Source: Gnetum montanum (taxonomy: Eukaryota > Plantae > Gnetophyta). From it: DNA of 64,000 nt. The notes below the pieces were generated by a model, which did not search any database, was not told the origin of the DNA, and saw nothing but the letters and a program-made list of their open reading frames with translations. Positions 39,586 to 52,941 of the stretch are shown here, piece after piece. The translations under genes and the position numbers were made by a program. The stretch lies in contig MNCI01002041.1 of NCBI GenBank assembly GCA_015680685.1, forward strand, positions 727,790 through 791,789, in the 5' to 3' direction. Each line of letters opens with the position of its first letter. Positions within the stretch are counted from its first letter, which is position 1.

Positions 39586-40400
39586 TGATGAATCGTGGTA
39601 TGTCATTCCCCGATATCAAGTACACAATATTAGGTACGTGATATCATGGCCTGGATACAATATCGTATACATGATATCATGATTCCTGTGTTAGCCTATA
39701 AATACAGCACTCAGGCGCACAACGAGAGGAGACCATTAGAGAGTTAGAATTTCTTTTCTTTTGGTAGTTTAGTTTCAGTTTCTTTCTTCCAAACTAGTTA
39801 TTCCCAGTGCATGCCCACAATGTGATGATTGTAATTGTACGACATCTTTGTTCGAGTGTGACGTACTTGGACACATGCATGACTAGCAATAAAGATCGAG
39901 ATTTCTTTCATCATTGCAGCATTCACTTAGATTAATTTCATTATTTTAATTATTTAATGTTTTCTTTAATTATAGTCTAATTTATTGTTATGTACTTTTC
40001 CTGTCATTAACTGGAATGTGTATGCCTTAATCAAGAGTGCTTAAGTGCAAATACTTGGCATGCCCAGCAGTAATCCCACAAAGTTCAAGACATGTAAAGA
40101 CAGTTAAGGATGGATACCACTGCCATAGGTTAATTTAGGTTTTTCTCTTATTATTAATTTAATCAATTTATCTTTTCTATTATTAGGAGTAACATAGAGA
40201 TTAGGACAATATAATATGCCTCACTCTAGACTAAACCATACGTGACAAAGCTACCACTAGTCCAGGTGGGAAGACAGTGAACTACTATCCACATATAACT
40301 GTCTAGGTCCCATGACTAGTCCATCTATGGAGTTTGACCGGATCATGCATACATGCTCATATTCATATGGTTGAGCGTAGGGGTACCTTGCCACTCATCA
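39586..40400 (+). repeat. 3' LTR of D
   Basis: Follows the PPT; ends CTCATCA plus TSD. Confidence 0.92.
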
Positions 40401-43015
40401 CTTTACTTTTTTGTTCAACCTTTGCTATGGTTTTCATTTAGGGTGATGGTTAGATCAATGTAGATGTTAGGTTGGCATATGCAAGGATAAATTCTTATAA
40501 TTTCATCATATAACTAAGTAAAGGCTATTGGCCATTTATTCATGACCTCCAATAACCTATATTTTTGTTCCTATGTTAGCTAGGCATTTACAATTACTAG
40601 CTTAGAATTTTTCAAGAACACATATTCAAAAGATTTCAGGAATTTTTTAAGTTCAATGAACTTCAATTCATTAGTTTCAAGAATTTTCAACTCTTCCCAA
40701 TCTATCTCTTCTTCTTGTTTATTTTTTTGGATGGGAAAGTTATCATCTTAATGATTTCATCTCATCTAGTTTATCATGTAATCACTTCTAAGGGCTTCCT
40801 AAGGTTCCATCCATATGGTAGACTTCTAGCTTTCATCCATGATTAGCCACTGGATGCCTTCTTGCTTGGGGGCTACTACATATAGGAACTTCTACACACT
40901 CATTAATTCTTTGCATGATTTACGTGTTGTAATGTTCTTTGTCTAATGGCTTAAATTTTCTACATGCAATTATACCTTATGTTACTATATGCAATGTATG
41001 GAATACACTTCTTCTCTATAATTCCATGCTTATTTTTCTTGGAAATTTTTAAAAGCTCTTTTATCCCAAGCTTGGAATTAATAGTGCTTAGCCAAGCTCT
41101 TCCCATGATAATGGCAAACTTCCCCTTGTAATTGTCAACATGGATTACTAGAAAATAAGTAGGATATGATCACCCATTAATGGTTGTCATAATGTCTTCT
41201 ACTACTCCCAAAGAAATGATGATAGATTAATTAACAAGATTTAGCTTAATGTTGCATTAACTTAAAGGAGACAAGTTCTAAGCTTTGTACATGTTTATGA
41301 GATCAAGTTAACTTTAAAAATTGAATCTAGTATATCCTTGCAAGGAGAATTTCTTGTAATCTAGAGATAATAAGAAAACTTTCTAGGTTAGTTCTTTTCC
41401 TAGAAATGTTTCTTGCCTTTATCTAGTCAATGATAGTATGGGTTAACATGATAGTTTGAACATTTATTATGCTTTGATTTGAAGGTAGCTTGGAATACAT
41501 CTAAAAGAATGTAGGTGTAAGATCCATAGCCACAAATTCTTAAACAAGTTTGGATGAATTGGAAGGTTCAAAGAATGACTACTTGTAAGGCTTACACTTA
41601 AAATTTCTTGAGTTGTCATCCACTAACATGTTTATAGCTCTTATAGCAACCTGTTATTGTGGTTTTCAGGGTATTTCACATTGCATGGCTAGAGTAGCAT
41701 GTAATGGATCAGGAGCATGCAATTAAGAGTAGTATTGATGTTGAGGAACATCGAACCAAGATTCAACCTATGGAGTGTCAAGTCTATGATACTCTAGAGG
41801 ATAGTAGTAATGAGGAAACATGAGTGATAGAACCACTTGAAGATATAGGCTACTAGACAATATCCATAAGGATCAATATGCTTATAGGGGTATTGCTAAC
41901 TTGGTGGTGGCATCCCCTATGATTGTGGGTTTTACAATGCTAATAATACTCTTAATTTTGAGGCGAAGCCTTACTAGGATAGTATTTTTTTGGTTGGTAG
42001 GGTAGCCTCTAATTATCTTAAAGATAAAGCAACCTCCTGGATGCTTATTCCTTAATGAATTTTGAAGTTAAGACGTAAATCATAGACTCCTAAAGATGTG
42101 ATAGAACTCAAAAACATTTTGTGGAATACTCATATTAACATATGTCACATCCTTTGTCATCTGAATCAAAGTTTGCAATCTTCTCCACATCGTCTTTTTT
42201 TCCATTTTACTAATAACAGTCCTATCCTATGTCCTTTTTCTTTCTTTTATTCTTATCTATGACTCTCCCTTGCTCTAGTTTGTCCTTCATGATTTTCAAT
42301 GTTTTTTAAAACTTTTCATTAATCAAGTCCCACATTTTGTCAACCTTGGCTAAAATTTTAATTACTAACTTTTGGATGGACAAGGTTTTTCTTTGAACCA
42401 TCTTCTCTAATGGTGTCTTCTCTTTTGATTCATAGATATGAACCTTATTTTTATGGACAAAGAAATATCTATTATACTCCATCATGTTCTCTCTCTTTTA
42501 TGTCTCTCCTTCCAACTTTGCTACTTAATAAATCATTCTTTGAATTTGATGAGTTCTCATCTCTAAAAGTCTCACTTGTGCATAAATACCAAGAGTTTCC
42601 TTTGTCTTGTTTCTAAGTTCATCTATGATATGGCATGGTTGTTCCCTCTAAGAAAATTCATGACCTAGGCATATATGTAATAATGAGTAATATCTATCTA
42701 GGGTTAAATTAAGAGACTCATGATTGTATTATGTTAATCCTTAAATTTTATTCCTCATATTAGACACTATAGAGTATGTTTGATATTTTTCATTAAATAT
42801 TTCTAACATCGTACTTAATCTTTTGATTAATTCTGGTTCTAAGAATGGGTACCAACTTTCACTTCCTTGATGAGTATCCTTAGAAATAATTTTAACTTTT
42901 GTCATTCATTCTTTGTATTTTGCAAAATATAGATATCATGGAATGCTTATAGATGGTATTGTGGGTTTGCATTGTAGCCTCTCTTGAACTTAGGAATGTT
43001 ATTAATATCTAGTCA
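40401..43015 (-). pseudogene. H gag core, protease and RT N-terminus
   Basis: Gag GYNANPQYHL..KLKLFLRILIKESESWY; protease ILDS / IIMGRAWL; RLNKKVK joins QIIKKDIEKLLKA across D. Confidence 0.85.
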
Positions 43016-45260
43016 TTTGCAAAAATCAACATTTTCATCAGTAAATTTACAACTTTTTTTGCAAATCTTGAGAAAATGTGATTTTCGGGATTTTTCTCAC
43101 AAACAACATGACATGGGAAGAACACAACATGAGGTTTCAACACTAGAGCACTTTACCAAGTGCTTAAGTATTGCAAAGGGAAAAGATGATGTCATGCATC
43201 AAAAGTGCTTTTTAACGTGGAACATCAAAGATTTTAATGTGTCAACATGATGTTTTTTCCAAACGCTACATAGAAAACAAAGTGACACTCTACATTAAAA
43301 TAAACAACATAAAAAAATTAGTTGTAGACATTTTTACTAAATGTCTTATTTTCACTTTGATGTTCCATGTCGACATTGTGGAACGTAAAAATTATGCTAC
43401 ATAGTAAAGCAAAGGAAAAATATTTAGCATAGATGTTTTTGCCAAACACCTAAGCATTAAAAGTATAAGAGTGATGTCTTGCATCAAAGTTGTGTCTTTA
43501 ACGTAAGATGTTAAAGCTACAAGCTAGAAACCAACATACCACATAGAAAGCTTGGGACAGTTTCAACATGAGACTAACATGATTCAAAGACGTTTTAATG
43601 TTTAATGAATGTTTTAATGCAAGAATTTTTTTTTATACTAAAACCATGTGTTTGCTTTGTTTTAAAGATGTTGCAACACCTAGGCTCCTTGTGTTTGAGC
43701 CCATGTATTTCTTTCTTATTGATGAAATAAGTATCCTAGAAAATAAGTGTAGGAAGATAGGCCCAATCCTAAGCAAGCCCCTTTTCAATGACAACACTTT
43801 GATGTCACCCAAGCTATGGGCAAGGAAGGGAGCTACTAAATTTCTAATTTTTTTCATTAGTCACTTCAATGTGATGATTTGGACTAGGCTAGGTGAAAAG
43901 GTGATTTTGTGAGCTTTAGAGATATCCTTCCTAGATCCTTTACTAAGCTTATAGAAATAATCTTTTAGCTATGATATGATATTGAAGAGTTGTCCAAGGA
44001 TGTCTTGGTCTATAGGAAATGCTTGGACAAGCTATGGGAGCATAGAGAATATTGGTAATTCAACATTGATAGTACATTACTACTAGAAACCTAGATTTCC
44101 AGGGCAATTTTCAACCCACCAAGCTTTCACATTTTTGTTGAGAGGTAAGCTAGAAGCTTAGGAGTTAAGAAAATTTAGCCTTTTTATTACCAAAAAGAAA
44201 TTAACTTTAAATCTTGTTGTGTAGATTAAATGATCCTAATGTGCAAAGCCTTGATCATTTAGCATTTCTTTAGAACTTATTACGAGATCTCTCCTAGCAT
44301 CGAAATTGGAGACCTCAAGTGATGTCCCATTTTAATTCATAGTACAAGGGATTAAGACTTCACAAGTTCCAAAACAAGTACAATAATAGAGGGTGGCTTC
44401 ATCCTTTGTGGAATGAGATCCATGGAGAGAACATAGAGTGGTCAAATGGGTCTAGAATCATTTTGAGACTAAAGGGTAAGCAAAAGCTAGCTTATTTTTA
44501 TGTGTTTTTATTATTTTTAAAAGTTAGCCAGAAGATAGAATTAGCTAATGGTAGTTTATGCTTACGTGTAGCTCAAATAAGCATTGATAATGCTAAATTT
44601 ATTGATGTCATAAGAGTGGTTGAAGAATTTAAGGTAAGGTCCACTAATGAGGTGCAAAGTGCCCAAAAGTGGCTTTTTGAGGGAGAAGGGGTAAGATATT
44701 TTGGGAATTTTAATAGAGTAGGAATCTTATATGATTTAGGCTTAAAGCATTTCTATCCTAGCATGGTAGAGTGTGTAGGTTTAATAAATAGTTATTCAAC
44801 AACAAAAAAAGTTTTTGTTGTGTGTGTAGACCAAAAACAAGTGATCATCACTTGGGATTTGGCTACACTGAGGTATTGGTTGGGGTTCTTGGAGCAAAGA
44901 ATAAAGATTGACAGTTCAAAGTTGGATTCAGTAGAACTAGAAATCATAGAGAAATGGGTTCGATCAAAGAAGAGGAATGACATTAGTATCCACAAAGAAA
45001 GCAATGAAGACTTAAAGAAGTTGTCCCTTTGTTTGTTGACCAAGTCGTTTGCAATAAGGTAGGACAAAAATGGAAGCTAGTCCCTAGGAGGTTATACAAG
45101 TTATATGGAATAATGATCCAAGGGAGGGTAACTGACTAGGCACCAGTAATCTATTAATGGATAGTAGAAGAAATGGAGAAGCTATCCTAAGAGGACAAGA
45201 AAGGTAAGAAGAAGACATTGAGCAAGAAGCTTAATTCTGAGTTTTATTATAGGCTAATAA
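43015..45260 (+). mobile_element. Fragment of a second B-family element (upstream region and first ~520 codons of the accessory ORF)
   Basis: Inverted homolog of ~14295-16480; ORFs 43598-43912 and 44406-45062. Confidence 0.8.
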
Positions 45261-45264
45261 ATTC

Positions 45265-46485
45265 ACTATTGTTGGTTTAAATCACCATATTCACTATAAT
45301 GCAAAACTTTTCTCAAAGAAGACTTATGTTAGGATTTTCAAATTAAACAAGAGTAATTAATATGTTTATTAGCAATGATAGTGAGCTAGATGTAACTAAT
45401 TTTTTTTTGTTTATAGTTACTCCAAATGATAGGTGTAGATTAAGATGAGCATTATGACTCCAAATGATGATCCTTGGTTTGATGTTGACTGTTTGATAGC
45501 TCATAAAGATATTTTAGCTTCACATTTCGATGTTTTAATGCTAAAGAATTACATAAAGCTTATTCATTTTAAAAAGAGGAAGTTCATTAAAGAAGAGCAA
45601 GAAAGAATGATTAGCGACCTTAAATCTAACCCAAAAACTTTTAAAATTTCTTCTGAGACAAACAACAAAATGATTGGGATTTTTTCTTATTTACTATTCA
45701 AACATTTTTCAATAACATTTTAATCAAGAGGCTCCCCCTACATGCAAGGTAACTCTAGTATTATTGAGTTATATTTTGATAATATTTCTGTAGGAATTCA
45801 AAGATTATCTTTTGGAAAAGGTGCTTCTGTTAATCGATTATATGCAAAGCTTCTTTAATGGTATTATCCATTGGTGTGAAAAGTAGCTTACAACCTTCTT
45901 AATAAATGGATTCCTTATGGTTTGGATCGCTCTTGGTGTTCTAGTCAAGTAGTTTTGCTTTTTAAAAATGGAGATATGATAAATCTTAATAATTACCAAT
46001 CGATTGCAATCAATTCAATATTCATTAAGTTGCATGGCACTATTCTGGAGAATAAATTAGTTTGTGGGCAAAAATGGAGGGTCTTCATGCTCAATTACAA
46101 GTAAGCTTTGGGAGGAATCATTTTACTGTAAACCATCTAATAACTTCACATTATTATGTAGAGAAAGCAAAACCCACAAGACTTTTATATGTTTTGTTGG
46201 TTTTTCCAAGGCTTATGATTCTATTGCTAGAGATAAACTTTGGAAGAGATTATATAACATTAACATTCCACAAGATCTTCTTTTTACTACTAAATGAATC
46301 TATGAGATAATTAACATTCTTATTTAAAATAATATTATTAGAGAAGGAGGAATTATCTACAATTTAATAGGAATTAAACAAGGTTGTCCAATATTCACTA
46401 CCCTTTTTGGTATATTTATAGATGAATTAGAGGAATGGATACATAATGCCTCTAATCAAGTTGTGTCAGTGAATGAATTATTTTT
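45265..46485 (+). mobile_element. Non-LTR retrotransposon (LINE) ORF2, 5' part, decayed
   Basis: PWFDVDC; NNYQSIAI; CFVGFSKAYDSIARDKLW; GIKQGCP..LFGIFIDEL. Confidence 0.88.
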
Positions 46486-47303
46486 TGATGGGACGCGATA
46501 TCGCATCCCCCATGATATCGCGTTTTTCCCTGCAATATCACGTACACGATATCATAGTCCACCACAATGTCTATAAATAAGGGGCGGCTCTCCCTTGTTT
46601 GACATCAATAGGTTATATTGTAGCGAAACTCTATCAGTTTGATCCCTCCAAAGATAGATTATTTTCCAATGTCTGCCCGCAGTGTGGTGAATGTAATTGT
46701 ACGGCATCCTTTATTCAAGTGTGACGTACTTGGACACGCACATGACCAGCAATAAAGATCGAGATTCCTTCATCATTGCAGCATTCACTTTGTTATTTAT
46801 TTATTTAATTAATTATTATTTACTGCTTTCCTAATTAGTCTCTCTCACCCTTAAACTCACGTTAGACGTGAAATGAGTATGACTTGATTACGAGCATTTA
46901 AGTGTGACTACTTGGTAACCCAGTGGCGTACCTAGGATCTGTGCTTGGTAATCCTAATGGTAGTCGTGCACGAAGTCCAAGATGTGTACAGATGGTCAAG
47001 GAACGAATGCTTATCACACTTAGGCTAGATTAGATTCTCTTATCCTTTCTCTCTTAGTTTAGTTAATATTACTTTCCATTGCCTTCAAGAGTAGCATTAG
47101 ATTAGGAACACATCATACACCTCACCCTGGACTAAACCATATGTGACAAATATAATACTATTCTAGGTGGGAAGACAGCGAACTGTGACCTAAGGATAAC
47201 TGTCTAGGTGCCACAACTAGTCCATCTGCGGAGTTCAACAAGATTGCGCATGAGAACGCTCGTATTCATATGCTTGAGTGTAGGGGTACCTCGCCACTCA
47301 TCA
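46486..47303 (+). repeat. 5' LTR of C
   Basis: TGATGGG...CTCATCA; CGATATCG array 46495-46555; TATA at 46572. Confidence 0.92.
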
Positions 47304-47444
47304 TAGCCGCCGTTGTTGGGGACGGTGCTAGTTATCTAGATTAGTTATATCATACAAGGTCGCTGTATAGGACTTAACGATATATCTCTTAAGAAAGAAG
47401 TAATTATAAAAAGTCACATCCAAATTCACACACAACTTTAAACA

Positions 47445-49314
47445 ATGCCTCTCCTACAAGACTACTATAACAATGCCACACTTAGTCAGGAAGTTCATTG
47501 GAGAACCAACGAACTATATGATGATGAAGATTGGAGTATACAACTTGAAGTGGGGGTTTCTTATAAACATGAATAGAAGCAACGTCATCACAACGCACGA
47601 AAGCATAACTTACCCGATGACGATGAACCCCTACTGGCCACTATAAGCTTAATGCAATTACAAGAAGCTGTTTGAATCTCATGTAGGCATCGTAAAGAGA
47701 GTNNNNNNNNNNNNNNNNNNNNNNNNNNNNNNNNNNNNNNNNNNNNNNNNNNNNNNNNNNNNNNNNNNNNNNNNNNNNNNNNNNNNNNNNNNNNNNNNNN
47801 NNNNNNNNNNNNNNNNNNNNNNNNNNNNNNNNNNNNNNNNNNNNNNNNNNNNNNNNNNNNNNNNNNNNNNNNNNNNNNNNNNNNNNNNNNNNNNNNNNNN
47901 NNNNNNNNNNNNNNNNNNNNNNNNNNNNNNNNNNNNNNNNNNNNNNNNNNNNNNNNNNNNNNNNNNNNNNNNCCCAAGGAAAGGCTAATGTACCATATCA
48001 TTGATGGGCTTTGTGATGCAACCTGAGAGACCCTAGGGATGTATGCCCAAGGTCAACTATACAAACTACGAACCCATCAAATCCAAGAGCTTATTAAGAG
48101 GGTAGCAAAAGAATAAGGAGATATGGCTAGATGGGAGAGTGTTGAAAAACATCAATGGGACCAAAAGCTCAACTTGAGAAAGGTCCATGATCATACAAAG
48201 GAGAAATTAACCAATCACAAGGAGAAAGAGCCATCTTTGCCGATACAACAAACATTAAAAGAAGCTGAGGCAAAGATCAATAAGATGTTGGAATGGAAGT
48301 ATCAAAAGTGTGGACAATTTATCAACATTATTGGAGATAGAGTTTTGACAACCCAAGAAGCAAGACAAAACATTAGACAATCGGAAAGAAGGGATAAGAA
48401 AAATAAGAGCTCAACTGCCAACGATACATATGAATGCAACATATGCCTATACAATCACCCCAAGGGCCAATGCCCAATATTGTTACATTTACATAAGCAT
48501 TGGGGAAACACGTTACATCCAGAGTTTGTACAGAGATACTGTGTTTGATCACAATGGCAACAACCCCAGTCGTGGGGGAATCCACCCTTAGATTGGAGAC
48601 ACCCTTCATATCATCCGAATCCAAATGCTTATCTTGTTCAACATCCTGTTTCTCCAACTGAGCTAACATACTCTATCTCATCATAGTACCATTCTCCTTA
48701 ATACTATCAACCCATGCCTCCAACACAACCACCAACTTGTGCACTTTATACTCCTCCTAACTTTCAACATTCTCATCCATTCCCTCCTTCTACAATGTCA
48801 CCAACTGTCCCTAAGGTGTCTGCACCACCGCAACACTTGTGCTACTACTACTAACAGCAGTGAAAAGCCTCCTCAACATCAAAAGCGTCCTTTCTTTAAA
48901 CACGGCCGTAAGAAGGGACAACACAATTCTGAGGCCACTACATCCGCCAACTCAGTACAAGTCCCACACTATGGTGCACCCTTATCTTTGAACCCAGTGC
49001 CTCATGTTACTTCATCAGGGCCACCAACTAACACTCCAACAACCATATGGCCCAATGAACATAATCATGGAAGGCAACCACCTAATCCTTGCATACCATT
49101 TAACGGTCCCAAATATCATAGTGGGTCAACTCGTTATCTGAGAACTACATCGTATAAGGTGCCCCACTATGCTTACTACAATCAAGTGTGTGAACCCCAA
49201 TGGGGTAGGTATGTACCAATGCCGATACTTCCAACATGCAAGGATCCTCACCCTTCATTTATTAATCCTTGCCATACTCAATCATTTAGTTATGGGGGAT
49301 ATCCCCCATTCTAA
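47445..49314 (+). pseudogene. C gag, core in an N gap
   Basis: CNICLYNHPKGQC knuckle; collinear with D gag; ends SYGGYPPF*. Confidence 0.8.
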
Positions 49315-50578
49315 ATAACCAGCAGGATTAATAAATATTTTTCATTTTCTTTAATTTTACAACTTTTTTTTCTAGTTTTTCATTTTTCATCTTTTTGTTT
49401 TATCTTTTTATCTTTTTGTGTTTTTTTCTTTTTACGTTTTTGTAAGTAATCTCGTCTATGAATAAAACACTCATGTGGATTGTTGGTTGAGGTGTGTTCT
49501 ATGTGATTAAGTCATGAGTGATCAATTATTTGGAACAGTAAGCCCATTACACCCACTCATCCATTCTACAAATAAGAGGTTCTGTTTGAGGGTACAATGA
49601 TATTCTTGACACTCTTAAAACTTAAAATTAGTTTTGTGTTCATTGTACCCAAAATGAAGAAGGATGGACCAAGAGGGAATCATTAGGGTGTGACATCAAG
49701 GGGACTTGCGGATTCTCTTTGGCGACGTCTATGGGAGTTATTGTGCAATGTGGTTGTACTAAGATCCTTGTAGATCTAATGAAAATGGGAGTAAGAGTAA
49801 TCAAACGGCCACTCGAAAATCAAATGTTGTGCTAGGGGTCATGCACCCATGCCTGAAGGTTGGTGATTTCTCTGGATTCAGTATTCAAAAAAAAAAAATA
49901 AAGTGTCATAAAACAAAAGTCACTCCTCCCTTGAATAAAATGCCAAGTGATCGTATGCCTTGTTGTTATGGTACTCTCGTAGTTGATCATCATGGGATGA
50001 AACAATGTGATGTCCCTGATTAGAGGGATGGACTTGGTCCTGATCTTGGAATGACGGGTTAATGACACATTAATCATGCTTACACACAGGATTCTCTATG
50101 CCTTGGGTCAGTTACCTCATGTCCCAATCTCTACAATCCCTTCTATACTTTGTCTCATCTCGTTGTTCATGTAATTTTCGTTCATGTCCCATGTAGCATA
50201 GAATTTTCATCTCATTCTGGTGATATTTACATGTGTGTGTTTTGTGGAGTTAGTGCGGATTACATCTAACCCTTCTAGTGCCCACAGACACTTTNNNNNN
50301 NNNNNNNNNNNNNNNNNNNNNNNNNNNNNNNNNNNNNNNNNNNNNNNNNNNNNNNNNNNNNNNNNNNNNNNNNNNNNNNNNNNNNNNNNNNNNNNNNNNN
50401 NNNNNNNNNNNNNNNNNNNNNNNNNNNNNNNNNNNNNNNNNNNNNNNNNNNNNNNNNNNNNNNNNNNNNNNNNNNNNNNNNNNNNNNNNNNNNNNNNNNN
50501 NNNNNNNNNNNNNNNNNNNNNNNNNNNNNNNNNNNNNNNNNNNNNNNNNNNNNNNNNNNNNNNNNNNNNNNNNNNNNN

Positions 50579-51103
50579 TACGCGATATTGCATCCCTGCC
50601 ACCTATAAATAGGTCAACCCCCCCCCCCCACCCCGCGCGCGCGCAACACTTAGCATCATTTTGTCACTCACATGGGGGGAGTTTTTAAAATTTTTCTCTG
50701 CAACTTGCGATTGAGTGACCCTTGCTTTTTTCCTCATATCTCGCTTGCTGCTACTCCGATTTTCATTCCATTTGAACCTGCTTAAACCCAAAGTGTTCAG
50801 CTTAGTCGTGGGGGAGGGACACCTACCAAAAAGTGCCTAGATTTTTTGAAATTTATCATCTCCCAAAGGACATCAATTAGGGTAATTAACTATAACACTT
50901 AGAATAATTGTGCCTAAGAATCATTTAATCCCTAGGTATACCAGGAAACTAAAAAGGAAACCACCTAAGTCACAGGACTCATTATTACACTCTTTCAGGC
51001 ACTATCACACGTGATAAAATAAGATCATTAATTACGGCAAGCAGTAAGGTATAACTTAACTTTAAAAATAACCTTACTAACGCTTAACCCCATGTGATTG
51101 CAG
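50579..51103 (+). promoter_or_regulatory. Putative internal promoter, 5' UTR and intron of the C accessory ORF
   Basis: CGCGATATTGCA then CTATAAATA at ~50603; candidate donor GGTAAT at ~50881; branch point TACTAAC 51075-51081; acceptor TTGCAG immediately before ATG 51104. Confidence 0.6.
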
Positions 51104-52941
51104 ATGGCCCTGAAATGTGGACAGCAGGAAGGTCCTACCCAAGGTGGAAGCAAACGAGCTCGGAGAGGTGGAAGACAAGGTCCTTCCGGACAACATGCAG
51201 AACAGGAGGAGCAATAATTCAATATTCATCAAGACGAACCTCCTACCGGACGGTCCAGGCAAGTAGAAGGAGGAGCTACTACAGCGCCTGAACCGGGATA
51301 ACAACTCATGTTGCCCCAAGATTGTGTTCAGGCGATCCATGAGAAGTCCACATTTGCTGCGGTGATTGTGGAGTTGAATTTTGAATCATTCACAGAGTTC
51401 GCTCCTAAGGTTGTTAGGGATCACCTCAAAGGGTCTCCCTTATGGCCTATCCTCTCTGAAAGTAGTGCCTGGTACCTAGGAGAGATGTACCAATTTTGGT
51501 ACAATAGGGAGCAAGGCACCACTGTCAATATTTGTGGTGTGACAGTTGACTTCTCTATGCAGGCCATTTCGAAAGTGTTAAACCTTCCGAATACAGGGCC
51601 CCAGGTTGCTCTGTTATCTACCCGTTCAGACCCCNTAAAAAGGATATCGACGTATGCGGCTAGAGGATGTGCAATGTTGATGGGAAAGGTTAACGCTAAC
51701 CTACCCCATCTATATTTGATGGAGATCCTGAGGCAGTTTAAGGAATGAAAGACAGGGAAGATGGCGTTGCCTTTTCCTTGTCTCATCAGAAAGCTTTGCT
51801 GACGTGCTGGTATTCAGGGGTACACCAATGACGTTCTCCGAAAAGCCCAGACTGCTTCATATGCTAAATTACTAAAGGTGCCAGCTCCAAGAAAAAGTAC
51901 TAGTGAGGAGCTAGGACCTGAATAAGAAGAAGAACATATGGTTGGACCCAGTCAACCTCCAGCCACAAGTCCCAGCCAACAACAAGAAGCAGGGCCTAGC
52001 ACAGGTCAGGATCTGCCACCACTGTTGCAAGACTACAGACCGTCGATGAGCCATCTTAGGGCCATCGCTGAGATGGTCAGTTGTGGAAGTCATGATGACA
52101 CAAACCTCTTCTGCGTCATCAATGATACCAGGCAGCCTACTATTTCATTAGATCACACAAAGGGGGAAGTGTCTATTCAAATAGGAGGAGGGAAAAGTAG
52201 ATGGTCACAACAGATCTCAGGAAACGCGGCATCTTTCCAGGTGTAGTTAGAAATCAATGAAGGGGCCACAGTGGTGGTCATGCAATACCAGAATGTCGCG
52301 GGAGCTACAAAAGTGGTTGCAGACCACATCAAAGAATCCTTCAATGTACTTGTTGTGCCATTGGCAAATCTCTCAGGAGCATAGGATGCTCAAACTTTGA
52401 CCGGAACCTCAATGACTCCTGCGGAACATGAAGATGCACTTGATAGATTGCTTCAAACAGGGCAAGTAAGGATGTCCCTATTTGACATCCCTCAAGATGT
52501 AACAACAATTCAATCAGACCTCATTTCCACAAAGGGGAAGCTAGTCTTAATAGAAGTAAGGGCCGAGCATGCTGAAGTTGAAGTGTAGAAATTACAAGAG
52601 CAGCTCGTGGCCTTACAAGCAACACAGCGGGACCCTCTACAATTTGTTCCCACAGATCAACTAGAAAACTTTAGAACCGAGCAACTAACAAAATTAATCG
52701 CAGAAAATAAGAAGGTGGTGGAAGAAAAGGAGAAGGTTGTTTGGGATGTCTCCGCAGCACAAGCGTAAATCCATGCGCATCTTAAGGCACTCAAGGCCTT
52801 ACAAGAAGAAAACAAGCAGTTGGTTGCAGACAATCTTCGGTTGACCACTGTAGAAAAGCAAAAGAACGTTCTCAATGAACATGTTCATCAATTACGAGAA
52901 TAATTCATCTAGGTCAACCGAGACATGAGCCGTTTAGCCAA
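51104..52941 (+). pseudogene. C accessory ORF, C-terminally truncated
   Basis: ORFs 51308-51748, 51938-52246 and 52397-52588 are collinear with the D and H accessory ORFs. Confidence 0.85.

Larger units (their letters stand above)
31227..40400 (+). mobile_element. Element D: complete non-autonomous Athila-like element (LTR-PBS-gag-spacer-accessory ORF-PPT-LTR, no pol)
   Basis: Perfect TSD CTTTA (31222-31226 / 40401-40405); LTRs 31227-32012 and 39586-40400; PBS 32014-32031; PPT CATGGGGGTA at ~39577; no gaps and no PR, RT or INT motifs. Confidence 0.92.
5971..43015 (-). mobile_element. Athila-like element H (autonomous layout: gag-PR-RT-RH-INT, spacer, accessory ORF, PPT, 3' LTR); 5' end lost; interrupted by B, D and a 1.1-kb insert
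   Basis: 3' LTR 5971-7243 with PPT at 7244; accessory ORF split 7560-7948 / 23255-25538; pol 27560-31226 continues in frame at 40401 once D is removed; gag to ~43015. Confidence 0.8.

Noticed and set aside
51625-51645. Apparent ~50-codon deletion in the C accessory ORF
   Set aside because: Coincides with a single N, so most likely a contig join
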